From: a virus
DNA length: 64,000 nucleotides
Reading direction: 5' to 3' (one strand)
Virus record (IMG/VR): IMGVR_UViG_3300030098_004824
Coordinates: 13,557 to 77,556 of that record
The notes below the pieces were generated by a model. That model was not told where the DNA came from. It worked only from the letters and a program-made list of their open reading frames with translations, and made no database searches. Made by a program: the position numbers and the translations under genes. Positions within the stretch are counted from its first letter, which is position 1. Each line of letters begins with the position of its first letter. Below are positions 38,882 through 48,412 of the stretch, piece after piece.

Positions 38882-39014
38882 TAAAACTAAAGATTTAGAA
38901 AAGAAAGTAGAGAATTTAGAAAAAACATTAGAATTAGTTAAAAAAACCATAGATCATGATAAACAAATGAAATTACAACAACCATTAGAATTCGGTAAAT
39001 ATGAAATGACTTAG
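38844..39014 (+). CDS. small coiled-coil hypothetical protein (56 aa)
   Basis: Manual translation MNQEHHSSKSEDNKTKDLEKKVENLEK...GKYEMT*; its stop overlaps the gp17 RBS. Confidence 0.5.
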   Translation: MNQEHHSSKSEDNKTKDLEKKVENLEKTLELVKKTIDHDKQMKLQQPLEFGKYEMT

Positions 39015-39025
39015 GAGGCTTTATT

Positions 39026-40669
39026 ATGGATGATATTTACTTAGGTAATCCCAATTTAAAAAAGGCAAATGTTCCTCAAGAGTTTACTCAGGAACAGATT
39101 GAAGAATTTATGAGATGTGCAGCTGACCCTGTATATTTTGCTAAAACTTATATGAAAATTGTTTCTCTTGATGAGGGACTTGTTCAATTTCATCCTTATG
39201 ATTTTCAAGAGAAGTTAATTAAAAACTTCCACGAGAATAGATTTAATATTTGTAAGATGCCTCGTCAGACTGGTAAGTCTACTACGTCTGTATCATATCT
39301 ATTACATTATTGCGTTTTTAACGATAGTGTTAATATTGGTATATTGGCAAACAAGGCAGCAACTGCCAGAGATTTGTTAGGAAGATTACAAACAGCATAT
39401 GAAAACTTACCTAAATGGATGCAACAAGGAATTGTATCTTGGAATAAAGGATCTCTGGAGTTGGAAAATGGATCAAAGATACTAGCTGCTTCTACGTCTG
39501 CAAGTGCTGTCCGAGGCATGTCGTTCAATATCCTTTTCCTCGACGAGTTCGCCTTTGTCCCAAATCATATCGCAGAAGCATTCTTTAGTTCTGTTTATCC
39601 TACTATTACGTCTGGTAAAACTACCAAAGTAATAATGGTTTCAACCCCTCACGGGATGAATCATTTCTATAGGTATTGGCACGATGCTGAAAGAGGAAAG
39701 AACGAATATATTCCAACTGATGTTCATTGGTCTCAAGTTCCAGGTAGAGATGAGGAATGGAAGAGACAAACTATTGCTAACACATCCGATCAACAATTTA
39801 AGATTGAGTTTGAATGCGAATTCTTAGGATCTGTTGATACTCTTATCGCACCAAGTAAATTAAGAACTCTTGTTTACGAAGAACCTAAAACAAGAAATGC
39901 TGGACTTGATGTATATGAAGATGTTATTAAAGGACATGATTATGTAATGACAGTTGACGTGGCAAGAGGAGTTAGTGAAGATTATTCTGCTTTTGTTGTT
40001 GTTGATATTACAGAGTTTCCTCATAAGATAGTAGCGAAGTATAGGAATAATGAAGTTAAACCAATGCTATTCCCTAATGTTATTTGGGAGTTAGCAAAGA
40101 ATTATAATAAAGCATTTATAATGTGTGAGGTAAATGATATTGGAGATCAAGTTGCATCCATTCTAAACTTTGATTTTGAGTATGAAAATCTTCTTATGTG
40201 TTCTATGAGAGGTAGAGCAGGTCAAGTTGTGGGTCAGGGATTCTCTGGTAAAAAGACACAACTTGGAGTTAAGATGTCAAAGACGGTTAAAAAGGTTGGT
40301 GCATTAAATTTAAAAACCTTAATAGAAGCAGATAAGATTATATTTAATGATTATGATATTATATCTGAACTTACAACCTTTATTCAAAAACATAATTCAT
40401 TTGAAGCAGAAGAAGGATGTAATGATGACCTTGCAATGTGTTTAGTAATATATGCATGGTTAGTTCAAAGTGATTATTTTAAAGAACTTACTGATCAAGA
40501 TGTTCGTAAGAGATTGTATGAAGAACAAAAGAATGCAATAGAACAGGATATGGCACCTTTTGGATTTATTATTGATGGAACTGATGATAATAGTTTCGTT
40601 GACCCTGAAGGTGATAGATGGTTTACTGATGAGTATGGTGATATGTCGCATATGTGGGAGTATCAATAA
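39026..40669 (+). CDS. gp17: terminase large subunit
   Basis: YLGNPNLK, Walker A PRQTGKST, Walker B LFLDEFAF, VSTPHG, nuclease DVARG and NDDLAM. Confidence 0.97.
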   Translation: MDDIYLGNPNLKKANVPQEFTQEQIEEFMRCAADPVYFAKTYMKIVSLDEGLVQFHPYDFQEKLIKNFHENRFNICKMPRQTGKSTTSVSYLLHYCVFNDSVNIGILANKAATARDLLGRLQTAYENLPKWMQQGIVSWNKGSLELENGSKILAASTSASAVRGMSFNILFLDEFAFVPNHIAEAFFSSVYPTITSGKTTKVIMVSTPHGMNHFYRYWHDAERGKNEYIPTDVHWSQVPGRDEEWKRQTIANTSDQQFKIEFECEFLGSVDTLIAPSKLRTLVYEEPKTRNAGLDVYEDVIKGHDYVMTVDVARGVSEDYSAFVVVDITEFPHKIVAKYRNNEVKPMLFPNVIWELAKNYNKAFIMCEVNDIGDQVASILNFDFEYENLLMCSMRGRAGQVVGQGFSGKKTQLGVKMSKTVKKVGALNLKTLIEADKIIFNDYDIISELTTFIQKHNSFEAEEGCNDDLAMCLVIYAWLVQSDYFKELTDQDVRKRLYEEQKNAIEQDMAPFGFIIDGTDDNSFVDPEGDRWFTDEYGDMSHMWEYQ

Positions 40670-40803
40670 TGATTTTAGAAACATTCTTAATAGCAGCAGC
40701 ATTACCATTCGTGGCATTATCACTTTACTTTGGAACCAAAGGAGGGTATTATGATAGTGATGACTATACTGGTGATGGTTGTGCTCACGATGTCCAACGA
40801 TGA
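40669..40803 (+). CDS. ndhP: NDH-1 small subunit NdhP (44 aa)
   Basis: Manual translation [44 protein letters not shown]: one TM helix plus the FGTxxGxYDxDxYxGxGxAH tail of NdhP. Confidence 0.85.
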   Translation: MILETFLIAAALPFVALSLYFGTKGGYYDSDDYTGDGCAHDVQR

Positions 40804-40943
40804 ATAACCTATTTAAAATCTTTTATACTAAATGGTTTAGATCTGCACCAGTTGTAGCAACCATTTGGTTAACTATTACAGCAGTCATACTCATAGAGTT
40901 TAATTACTTCTTCCCAGATCTTTTATTCCATCCAATGCAATGA
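40800..40943 (+). CDS. psaJ: photosystem I subunit IX PsaJ (47 aa)
   Basis: Manual translation [47 protein letters not shown]: SAPV...W...[14 protein letters not shown] signature. Confidence 0.9.
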   Translation: MNNLFKIFYTKWFRSAPVVATIWLTITAVILIEFNYFFPDLLFHPMQ

Positions 40944-41497
40944 AAGCAATCTTTAATTACTTAAAAGAAATAAAAGATACTGCTAAATATATGTTACAAG
41001 GGTTAGAAGTAACCTTTGATCATATGAGAAGGAGACCTGTAACAATACAGTATCCTTATGAAAAACTGATACCATCTGAAAGGTATCGTGGACGTATTCA
41101 CTATGAGTTTGATAAGTGTATTGCTTGTGAAGTATGTGTTAGGGTATGTCCAATAAATCTCCCAGTAGTCGATTGGGTGATGAACAAACAAACAAAGAAA
41201 AAAGAACTAAGAAACTATTCAATTGATTTTGGAGCTTGTATATTCTGCGGAAACTGTGTAGAATACTGTCCTACCAATTGTTTAAGTATGACGGAGGAAT
41301 ATGAACTTTCTACATTCGATAGGCACTCACTCAACTATGATAATGTCGCTCTTGGACGATTGCCCACTAATGTTACAAGTGATCCCTCAGTTAGGGCAAT
41401 GCGTGAACTTGCTTACTTACCAAAAGGAGAGATGGATCCACATGAAGTACCAGACAGCAAACCCCGTGTAGCAGGACCTCCAAATGGAACTTACTGA
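40940..41497 (+). CDS. ndhI: NDH-1 subunit I (2x[4Fe-4S])
   Basis: [40 protein letters not shown]. Confidence 0.95.
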   Translation: MKAIFNYLKEIKDTAKYMLQGLEVTFDHMRRRPVTIQYPYEKLIPSERYRGRIHYEFDKCIACEVCVRVCPINLPVVDWVMNKQTKKKELRNYSIDFGACIFCGNCVEYCPTNCLSMTEEYELSTFDRHSLNYDNVALGRLPTNVTSDPSVRAMRELAYLPKGEMDPHEVPDSKPRVAGPPNGTY

Positions 41498-41720
41498 AGA
41501 AAATGTAATCAAAGTCCTAGAAGAATTACTTCCGTACATAGAAGCAGATGGAGGTTTTCTTGAGTTTGTAGAAATAGAACACGAAACTAATTTTGTTAAA
41601 GTTAGATTGGGTGGTGCTTGTTCTACTTGTGCAATGAGTGCTATTACTTTGAAGCAGGGTATAGAAAGTAAATTAATGCATGAAATCCCTGATTGTTATG
41701 GAGTAATACAGGTACTATGA
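41484..41720 (+). CDS. nifU: NifU C-terminal/NfuA-type Fe-S cluster carrier
   Basis: LPYIEADGG...[10 protein letters not shown]...TLKQGIE. Confidence 0.9.
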   Translation: MELTEENVIKVLEELLPYIEADGGFLEFVEIEHETNFVKVRLGGACSTCAMSAITLKQGIESKLMHEIPDCYGVIQVL

Positions 41721-41944
41721 TTGAAATTGATGATCAAATTAAATTGGGTCATCTATTGTTACAGGATAGAAGATGTAGAGTTTGTGGTAAAACTAAAAAT
41801 TTAATAGATGGTTTTTATAGAACCAGAAAGAAGAGAGGACCAGTTCCATCATCATGGTCATATGAATGTAAAGAATGCACTATTAAAAGAATTGTAGATC
41901 ATAAGAAACCAAAAATTAAAGATTGGGAATATCCAGATTGGTAG
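41717..41944 (+). CDS. small Zn-finger-like hypothetical protein
   Basis: CRVC...CKEC; ATG 41717 overlaps the nifU stop. Confidence 0.7.
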   Translation: MIEIDDQIKLGHLLLQDRRCRVCGKTKNLIDGFYRTRKKRGPVPSSWSYECKECTIKRIVDHKKPKIKDWEYPDW

Positions 41945-41981
41945 TTCACTCCAAGTTTCCCCATTGAAAATGTTCTAAAGA

Positions 41982-41988
41982 ATAAATA
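41982..41988 (+). promoter_or_regulatory. late promoter
   Basis: ATAAATA upstream of gp18. Confidence 0.65.
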
Positions 41989-42019
41989 TTTTCAGACAAA
42001 TGAGACATCGGAGAAAAAC

Positions 42020-44497
42020 ATGGCCACTCCTCAATTATCTCCTGGAGTACTGGTAAGGGAGGTTGATTTAACAGTAGGAAGAGCTGATAATGTATTAGAT
42101 AATATTGGTGCAATCGCTGGTCCTTTCCAAATTGGACCTGTTGATGAAGCAATTGACATCAGCACAGAAGAAGATTTTATAAGTGCGTTTGGTAAACCAC
42201 TTTCTACAGACCGTCAATATGAGTATTGGATGAGTGCATCATCATACTTAACATATGGTGGAGTTTTAAAAGTAGTCAGAACCGATGGAGATCTATTAAA
42301 CAATGCTAACGCAGGTGTTGGTATTGCTTCAACAAGTTCTACTTATGGTAAAGTTAAGAACTATGACGATTATAAAAATAATGCGGAAAATACAACAAAT
42401 TGGACTTATGCTGCTAAAAACCCAGGTACTTGGGGTAATGGAATAAAGGTTTGTCAGATTGATGACTTAGCAGACCAGATACTTGGAATCAATACATCAA
42501 ACCTTGCTGGAGTTGGTCTGACTATTGGTTATGGAATAACTGCTTCTTTAGGAACTCAAGCAAATAAAGTTTCAATTCCAGGTGCAGGTTCAACTGATGG
42601 ATTTGTAGGGTATATTAAAGGTATTATCACTGGTGTTACAACTGATACTATTGGTGGTAATAGTACAGTTGATGTTAAATTTACTTCAAGGGTATCAGCA
42701 TCAAGTACATCATATACGGATGTACTTAATACCACATCAATTAATGCTGGACTTGCTGCTACTAATAGAATATACACAAATAGTATTGCTGGACTTTCTA
42801 CTGGAACAGGAATAACTGTAAAACCAATTCTACCAGGAATTAGTAGTTTATCTGCTAATGATGCTAGTCATTCAATTGTTTCTATTGGAGATACCTTCGT
42901 TACTCTTGGTGCTGTAGTTAACAGTTCAAGTGTTAGTGCTGGTGTTGCTGTTACCTTTAAAAGGTTAGTAACAATTGGTGGAACAGAAACTCTTGCAGAT
43001 TATAAAGAAGGTTCTACCTATGCTGAGTTTAAAACAGGAACTGTACATATTGTAGGTACAGATGAAGAAATAAGTGCTTCTCCAACTGTAGTATCCAAGA
43101 CTGATTGGTATGATGAGCAGAAGTTGGGTCTAACTAATGCGACAATCTTCTGGAAATCCATTGCACCAAAACCATCATCTAATGTTTATACAACAGATAG
43201 GAATGGTAAGGGTGATGGAATGCACATTGTAGTTGTTGACGATGAGGGTAATGTAACAGGAATTAAGGGTAATACTCTTGAGAAGCATACATTCTTATCT
43301 AAAGCAAAGGATGGAGTATCTAATGTAAATGCTCCTGAAAAAGTTTGGTATAAGAATTATATTGCAGATAATTCGCAATATGTTTATGCAGGATATAATG
43401 CATCAAACGCAATAGATACTTACCATGAAACTGCTCCAAGAGCAACTGGATTCTCAGGAACATCATTCACACCAGTTACGAATGCTGATAGTCTTTGGGG
43501 TCTAAATGCACAGGATGTTACATATTCTTCACTTGGAAATGTAACATATACACTTGGTGGTGGTGTTGATTATGGTGCAAATAAGGGAATGTCTGCAACC
43601 CTTGCTAATTTAATGACATCTTATGATCTATTTGGTAATAAGGATGAAATTGAAGTTGATTACTTAATAATGGGACCTGGTTGTACTACTGAAGACAAGT
43701 CTCAAGCAAAAGCAAATAAATTGCTTACAATTGCTGGAGATAGAAAAGATTGTATGGCAGTCATCAGTCCTCATAGAGCAAATGTAGTTAATGTAACAAA
43801 CACAACTACGCAGACAAATAACGTAATTAACTTCTTTGGACCGCTAAGTTCTTCATCTTACGGTGTATTCGATAGTGGTTACAAGTACACTTATGACAGA
43901 TTTAATAATGAATTCAGATACATTCCTTGTAACGCAGACGTTGCTGGAATGATGTGTCGCACAAGTCTCACTGCTTATCCTTGGTTCTCACCAGCAGGTC
44001 AGCAAAGAGGTGTACTTAATAATGGAATCAAACTTGCATATAATCCAACAAAGGCACAAAGAGACAAACTTTATCCAAGTAGAATTAACTCCTTCATAAC
44101 CACACCTGGCGTAGGAACAATTCTATTCGGTGATAAGACTGCACTCGCATATGCATCAGCGTTTGATAGAATTAACGTTCGTCGTTTATTCCTAACAATT
44201 GAGCAAGCATTAGAGAAAGCAGCACAGGCTCAACTCTTCGAACTTAACGATGAGTTAACAAGAGCAAACTTTAGAAACATCGTTGAACCATATCTTCGTG
44301 ATATTCAGGCAAAACGAGGACTTTACGGATTCCTTGTTGTTTGTGACACCACAAATAATACACCTGATATCATTGATAACAACGAATTCCGAGCAGACAT
44401 CTTCCTGAAGCCTGCGAAGAGCATCAACTTCATTACCTTGACATTCGTTGCTACACGTACTGGTGTTAGCTTCGAAGAGGTCGTGGGCAGGGTTTAA
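42020..44497 (+). CDS. gp18: tail sheath protein
   Basis: LSPGVLVREVDLT, PWFSPAG, FDRINVRRLF, KPAKSINFI. Confidence 0.97.
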   Translation: MATPQLSPGVLVREVDLTVGRADNVLDNIGAIAGPFQIGPVDEAIDISTEEDFISAFGKPLSTDRQYEYWMSASSYLTYGGVLKVVRTDGDLLNNANAGVGIASTSSTYGKVKNYDDYKNNAENTTNWTYAAKNPGTWGNGIKVCQIDDLADQILGINTSNLAGVGLTIGYGITASLGTQANKVSIPGAGSTDGFVGYIKGIITGVTTDTIGGNSTVDVKFTSRVSASSTSYTDVLNTTSINAGLAATNRIYTNSIAGLSTGTGITVKPILPGISSLSANDASHSIVSIGDTFVTLGAVVNSSSVSAGVAVTFKRLVTIGGTETLADYKEGSTYAEFKTGTVHIVGTDEEISASPTVVSKTDWYDEQKLGLTNATIFWKSIAPKPSSNVYTTDRNGKGDGMHIVVVDDEGNVTGIKGNTLEKHTFLSKAKDGVSNVNAPEKVWYKNYIADNSQYVYAGYNASNAIDTYHETAPRATGFSGTSFTPVTNADSLWGLNAQDVTYSSLGNVTYTLGGGVDYGANKGMSATLANLMTSYDLFGNKDEIEVDYLIMGPGCTTEDKSQAKANKLLTIAGDRKDCMAVISPHRANVVNVTNTTTQTNNVINFFGPLSSSSYGVFDSGYKYTYDRFNNEFRYIPCNADVAGMMCRTSLTAYPWFSPAGQQRGVLNNGIKLAYNPTKAQRDKLYPSRINSFITTPGVGTILFGDKTALAYASAFDRINVRRLFLTIEQALEKAAQAQLFELNDELTRANFRNIVEPYLRDIQAKRGLYGFLVVCDTTNNTPDIIDNNEFRADIFLKPAKSINFITLTFVATRTGVSFEEVVGRV

Positions 44498-44503
44498 TTA
44501 ACT

Positions 44504-44510
44504 CTAAATA
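44504..44510 (+). promoter_or_regulatory. late promoter
   Basis: CTAAATA upstream of gp19. Confidence 0.6.
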
Positions 44511-44532
44511 TTTCACAGGAGGATCTTAAAAA

Positions 44533-45144
44533 ATGGCAACATCCAGACCAGTAAAAACCATCGCAAATTTCAAGTCGCAACTTGTGGGCGGTGGTGCAAG
44601 ACCAAATTTATTTGAGGTCGAATTAGCGACATTACCTGACGGAGTTAGTTGGCCCGAAAATGCTCAACGAACCTTCACTTATCTTTGCAAAGCAGCAACA
44701 TTACCTGCTTCAAATATTGCACAGATTGATATCCCATTTAGGGGTCGTATTTTCAAAGTAGCTGGAGACAGAACAGTTGACCCTTGGAGTGTCACCGTTA
44801 TTAACGATGAAAACTTCCAGATTAGAAATGCTATGGAGCAATGGGTTGAAAAAATGGCGAAATTGAGTGATAATATAGGTAATGTTAACCCAAATGCATA
44901 TATGGTTAATGCGAAAGTATTCCAATTAGGTAGAGGTTCATCACCTGGTACTGCTGGAAATACTGCAGTTGATAATGGAGAAGCAAATTCAGTACTTAAA
45001 GAGTATGAATTTATCGACATTTTCCCAACTGCGGTTTCACCAATTGACCTATCATACGATTCTTCAGATGCACTTGAAGAATTTACAGTTGAATTCCAAG
45101 TCAACTCCTTCTCCTTAGCTGGAGCAGGGTCTCCAAATGGGTAG
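44533..45144 (+). CDS. gp19: tail tube protein
   Basis: GGARPNLFEV, CKAATLP, FRGRIFKVAGDRT. Confidence 0.95.
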   Translation: MATSRPVKTIANFKSQLVGGGARPNLFEVELATLPDGVSWPENAQRTFTYLCKAATLPASNIAQIDIPFRGRIFKVAGDRTVDPWSVTVINDENFQIRNAMEQWVEKMAKLSDNIGNVNPNAYMVNAKVFQLGRGSSPGTAGNTAVDNGEANSVLKEYEFIDIFPTAVSPIDLSYDSSDALEEFTVEFQVNSFSLAGAGSPNG

Positions 45145-45151
45145 CTAAATA
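45145..45151 (+). promoter_or_regulatory. late promoter
   Basis: CTAAATA upstream of gp20. Confidence 0.6.
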
Positions 45152-45178
45152 GTAATAGGATAAACTTTTAAATTAATT

Positions 45179-46849
45179 ATGGCCAAATTATTTGGGTTCT
45201 CGATAGAGGACAATGAACCACTATCTCCAACGTCGGTCTCACCCGTACCTCCAAACAACGAGGACGGGTCTGATCACTATATGAGTAGTGGTTTTTTTGG
45301 TTCATATGTAGATATTGAGGGTGTTTTTAAAACTGAATTTGAACTTATTAAAAGATATCGTGAGATGGCACTTCATCCAGAAGCGGATAGTGCTATTGAA
45401 GATATTGTAAATGAAGCAATTGTATCAGATACAAATGATAGTCCTGTTGAAATTGATTTAGATCATTTAAATGCGAGTGATGGTATTAAGAAAAAGGTAA
45501 GAGAAGAATTTAAATACATCAAAGACTTATTAGATTTTGATAAAAAGGCACATGAAATTTATAGGAATTGGTATATTGATGGCAGAATATATTATCATAA
45601 AATAATTGATGTAAAGAAACCGCAAGAAGGAATTCAAGAATTACGTTATATTGACGCAATGAAAATGCGTTATGTTCGTCAAGCAAAAAAGAAAAAAGAT
45701 GATAGATTAAATGCTGTTCAAAAATTTCAGAATGATAATCCAATGGATTATGATTGGCCTGAAATAGAAGAGTACTTTATATACAATCCAAAGTCACAGT
45801 ATCCAACTGGTGCCAGAGATGCAACTGGTGCAACTCAAGGAATTAAAATGACTAAGGATTCCATTGTGTATTGTACCAGTGGATTGGTAGATAGGAATAA
45901 AGGATGTACTCTTGGTTATCTTCATAAGGCAATTAAATCAATCAACCAACTTAGGATGATTGAGGATAGTCTTGTAATATACAGATTATCTCGTGCTCCA
46001 GAACGTAGAATCTTCTACATAGATGTAGGTAATTTACCTAAAGTCAAGGCAGAGCAATATCTCAGAGATGTGATGATGCGATATCGGAACAAGCTTGTTT
46101 ACGACGCTAACACAGGAGAGATCCGTGATGACAAGAAGTACATGGCAATGCTTGAAGATTTCTGGCTCCCTAGAAGGGAAGGAGGTCGTGGCACTGAAAT
46201 TTCTACTCTTCCAGGAGGTCAAAACCTTGGTGAAATCACGGATATTGAGTACTTCAAAAAGAAATTATATAGGTCGCTCAATGTACCCCCATCAAGAATG
46301 GATGGAGAAGGAGGATTCAATCTGGGAAGATCCTCAGAGATATTGAGAGATGAACTTAAGTTTACTAAGTTTGTTGCACGTTTGAGAAAGAGATTCTCAA
46401 ATATGTTTAATGATATGCTTAAGACACAATTAATTCTGAAGAATATCATTACTCCAGAAGATTGGGAAGTAATGTCAGAGCATATACAATATGACTTCTT
46501 ATACGACAATCACTTCTCCGAATTAAAAGAGTCAGAACTTTTACAAGAAAGACTTAATAATGTTGCAGTAGCAGAACCCTATATTGGAAGATACTTCTCA
46601 CAGGATTATGTAAGACGTAAGATTCTTCGTCAGACAGATGAGGAAATTATTGAACAGAATGAGATCATGGAGAAGGAAATTGCGGATGGTGTTGTACCAG
46701 ATCCTTCTATTCCAACTGATCCAGAAACTGGAATTCCTTTAGATCAAGTTGCTGATATGGGTCTTGGTGATCCTGCTATTGAACCTGATTTGGAATCTCA
46801 AGGAGCTGCGACAAAGGCACCTGAGATGCCCAAAGGTGGGGAAATATAA
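45179..46849 (+). CDS. gp20: portal protein
   Basis: RAPERRIFYIDVGNLPK, EDFWLPRREGGRGTEI. Confidence 0.97.
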   Translation: MAKLFGFSIEDNEPLSPTSVSPVPPNNEDGSDHYMSSGFFGSYVDIEGVFKTEFELIKRYREMALHPEADSAIEDIVNEAIVSDTNDSPVEIDLDHLNASDGIKKKVREEFKYIKDLLDFDKKAHEIYRNWYIDGRIYYHKIIDVKKPQEGIQELRYIDAMKMRYVRQAKKKKDDRLNAVQKFQNDNPMDYDWPEIEEYFIYNPKSQYPTGARDATGATQGIKMTKDSIVYCTSGLVDRNKGCTLGYLHKAIKSINQLRMIEDSLVIYRLSRAPERRIFYIDVGNLPKVKAEQYLRDVMMRYRNKLVYDANTGEIRDDKKYMAMLEDFWLPRREGGRGTEISTLPGGQNLGEITDIEYFKKKLYRSLNVPPSRMDGEGGFNLGRSSEILRDELKFTKFVARLRKRFSNMFNDMLKTQLILKNIITPEDWEVMSEHIQYDFLYDNHFSELKESELLQERLNNVAVAEPYIGRYFSQDYVRRKILRQTDEEIIEQNEIMEKEIADGVVPDPSIPTDPETGIPLDQVADMGLGDPAIEPDLESQGAATKAPEMPKGGEI

Positions 46850-46852
46850 ATA
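46845..46852 (+). promoter_or_regulatory. late promoter
   Basis: Perfect TATAAATA. Confidence 0.65.
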
Positions 46853-46880
46853 ATAAACGATTACTTAGTGATAAATTACT

Positions 46881-47105
46881 ATGAAACCCAATATGGATGA
46901 AGTACAAGCTGAATTGATGGATATGATTACTAGGGACGAATCTCCTTCTCAAATTAGCGATAAGATCAAAGATATGCTGTTTGCAAAAACCGCAGAAAGA
47001 GTAGATGCATATAAACCAGATGCTGCTGCAAGTTTATTTGGTCAAAATGATAGCGAAGAAGAGTCTGAAGAAGAAGCAGTATCTGCTGAAGTTGGTGATG
47101 AGTAA
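46881..47105 (+). CDS. small acidic protein (possible prohead core component)
   Basis: ORF track; occupies the position of T4 gp67 after the portal gene. Confidence 0.65.
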   Translation: MKPNMDEVQAELMDMITRDESPSQISDKIKDMLFAKTAERVDAYKPDAAASLFGQNDSEEESEEEAVSAEVGDE

Positions 47106-47110
47106 TTTTA

Positions 47111-47117
47111 ATAAATA
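47111..47117 (+). promoter_or_regulatory. late promoter
   Basis: ATAAATA. Confidence 0.55.
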
Positions 47118-47142
47118 AGAATAACATGAACATTTCACGATA

Positions 47143-47697
47143 ATGGCACATAAACCTGTAGGGAATTGCGTGAGTATTGCGTGTACTCCTGTTAATAACA
47201 GAACAGATGCAATAGCACATCAAACTGATAGTTTAAGAGTTGTAGCAATTGGTACTTTTGCACACATTGCAATAAGCACTTTTCCGACTGCTACTCGTGC
47301 TGATTATATGGTGACTCCTGATAATCCAGCAACAATTGCATTAGGCAAACCTACATCGCAAAAGATTAGTGGTATTACTACTGGTGCTACTACAACTCTT
47401 GATATGCCAGAAGGTGTTGCATCACAGTTTTCTGTTGGAGATGCTGTTTCATTAACAGTTACTGGTCAATCAGATTATGATTTTACACATAAAATAGTAA
47501 AATCTATTGATAGTACTCCAGGTTTCTCAGGATATCATAGTGAAAGAATTGTAGTTGATAACAATTCTGCTACAGGTAATCCAGCAACATTAACTGGATA
47601 TGCTGAGTTAAGAGGATCATTTAAAGTTGGAACAATAACCCATCTTGGAATTGGTTCAGTTTATGTACAGCAAGTTAACCCATCTTCCCCCGCATAA
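47143..47697 (+). CDS. hypothetical (probable virion) protein
   Basis: ORF track; Thr/Gly-rich, in the head operon. Confidence 0.7.
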   Translation: MAHKPVGNCVSIACTPVNNRTDAIAHQTDSLRVVAIGTFAHIAISTFPTATRADYMVTPDNPATIALGKPTSQKISGITTGATTTLDMPEGVASQFSVGDAVSLTVTGQSDYDFTHKIVKSIDSTPGFSGYHSERIVVDNNSATGNPATLTGYAELRGSFKVGTITHLGIGSVYVQQVNPSSPA

Positions 47698-47712
47698 TTA
47701 CGGAGAATTCTA

Positions 47713-48363
47713 ATGAAACTTATTAGAGAAGAAATAGAATCAGTTGAATTTCTAGTCGAACAAAAGAACGGCAAGAAATCAATGTATATAGAGGGTGTGT
47801 TCTTACAGGGAAACATTAAAAACCGCAATGGTAGAATGTATCCAATGGAGACCCTTCGTAGAGAAGTTGGTCGCTATAATGAAAACCACGTTTTAAGTGG
47901 TAGAGCACTTGGGGAACTTGGTCACCCTGATGGTCCAACTGTCAACCTTGACCGAGTATCACATAAGATCGTTTCTTTAAAAGAGAATGGATCCAATTTC
48001 ATTGGTAAGGCGAAAATCCTTGGTACACCAATGGGTAAAATTGCTGCTTCCCTTGTTGAGGAAGGAGTAAAACTAGGAGTATCTTCTCGTGGTGTTGGTT
48101 CTTTGAAGCAAACAAGAGAAGGTGTTAATATAGTCGGTGACGACTTTATGTTGGCAACTGCTGCTGACATTGTTGCTGATCCTTCTGCTCCTGATGCTTT
48201 CGTTGAAGGTATTATGGAAGGAAAAGATTGGGTCTGGGATGGAGGAATTTTGCGTGAGAAGTTCGCAGAAAAAACTTACAAACAGATTAATACCCTAACA
48301 ACACAAAAGAAATTAGATGAGCAAAAACTTGGCTTATTTAATGATTTCTTATCAAACTTATAA
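47713..48363 (+). CDS. gp21: prohead core protease
   Basis: NRNGRMYP, ALGELGHP, GVSSRGVGS, DIVADPSAPDA. Confidence 0.96.
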   Translation: MKLIREEIESVEFLVEQKNGKKSMYIEGVFLQGNIKNRNGRMYPMETLRREVGRYNENHVLSGRALGELGHPDGPTVNLDRVSHKIVSLKENGSNFIGKAKILGTPMGKIAASLVEEGVKLGVSSRGVGSLKQTREGVNIVGDDFMLATAADIVADPSAPDAFVEGIMEGKDWVWDGGILREKFAEKTYKQINTLTTQKKLDEQKLGLFNDFLSNL

Positions 48364-48371
48364 AACTTCTA

Positions 48372-48378
48372 AATAAAT
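48372..48378 (+). promoter_or_regulatory. late promoter
   Basis: ATAAATA upstream of gp22. Confidence 0.65.
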
Positions 48379-48412
48379 ATAGATTTAGATAGCACAAATC
48401 GGAGAGTTTCAC

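Noticed and set aside
40460-40754. ORF-track entries 40560..40754 (+) and 40460..40723 (-)
   Set aside because: Wrong-frame shadows of the gp17 end; the real gene is ndhP at 40669-40803 in another frame.
41717-41944. Homing endonuclease or mobile element
   Set aside because: Only a CxxC...CxxC zinc module; too short, with no HNH or GIY-YIG catalytic motif.
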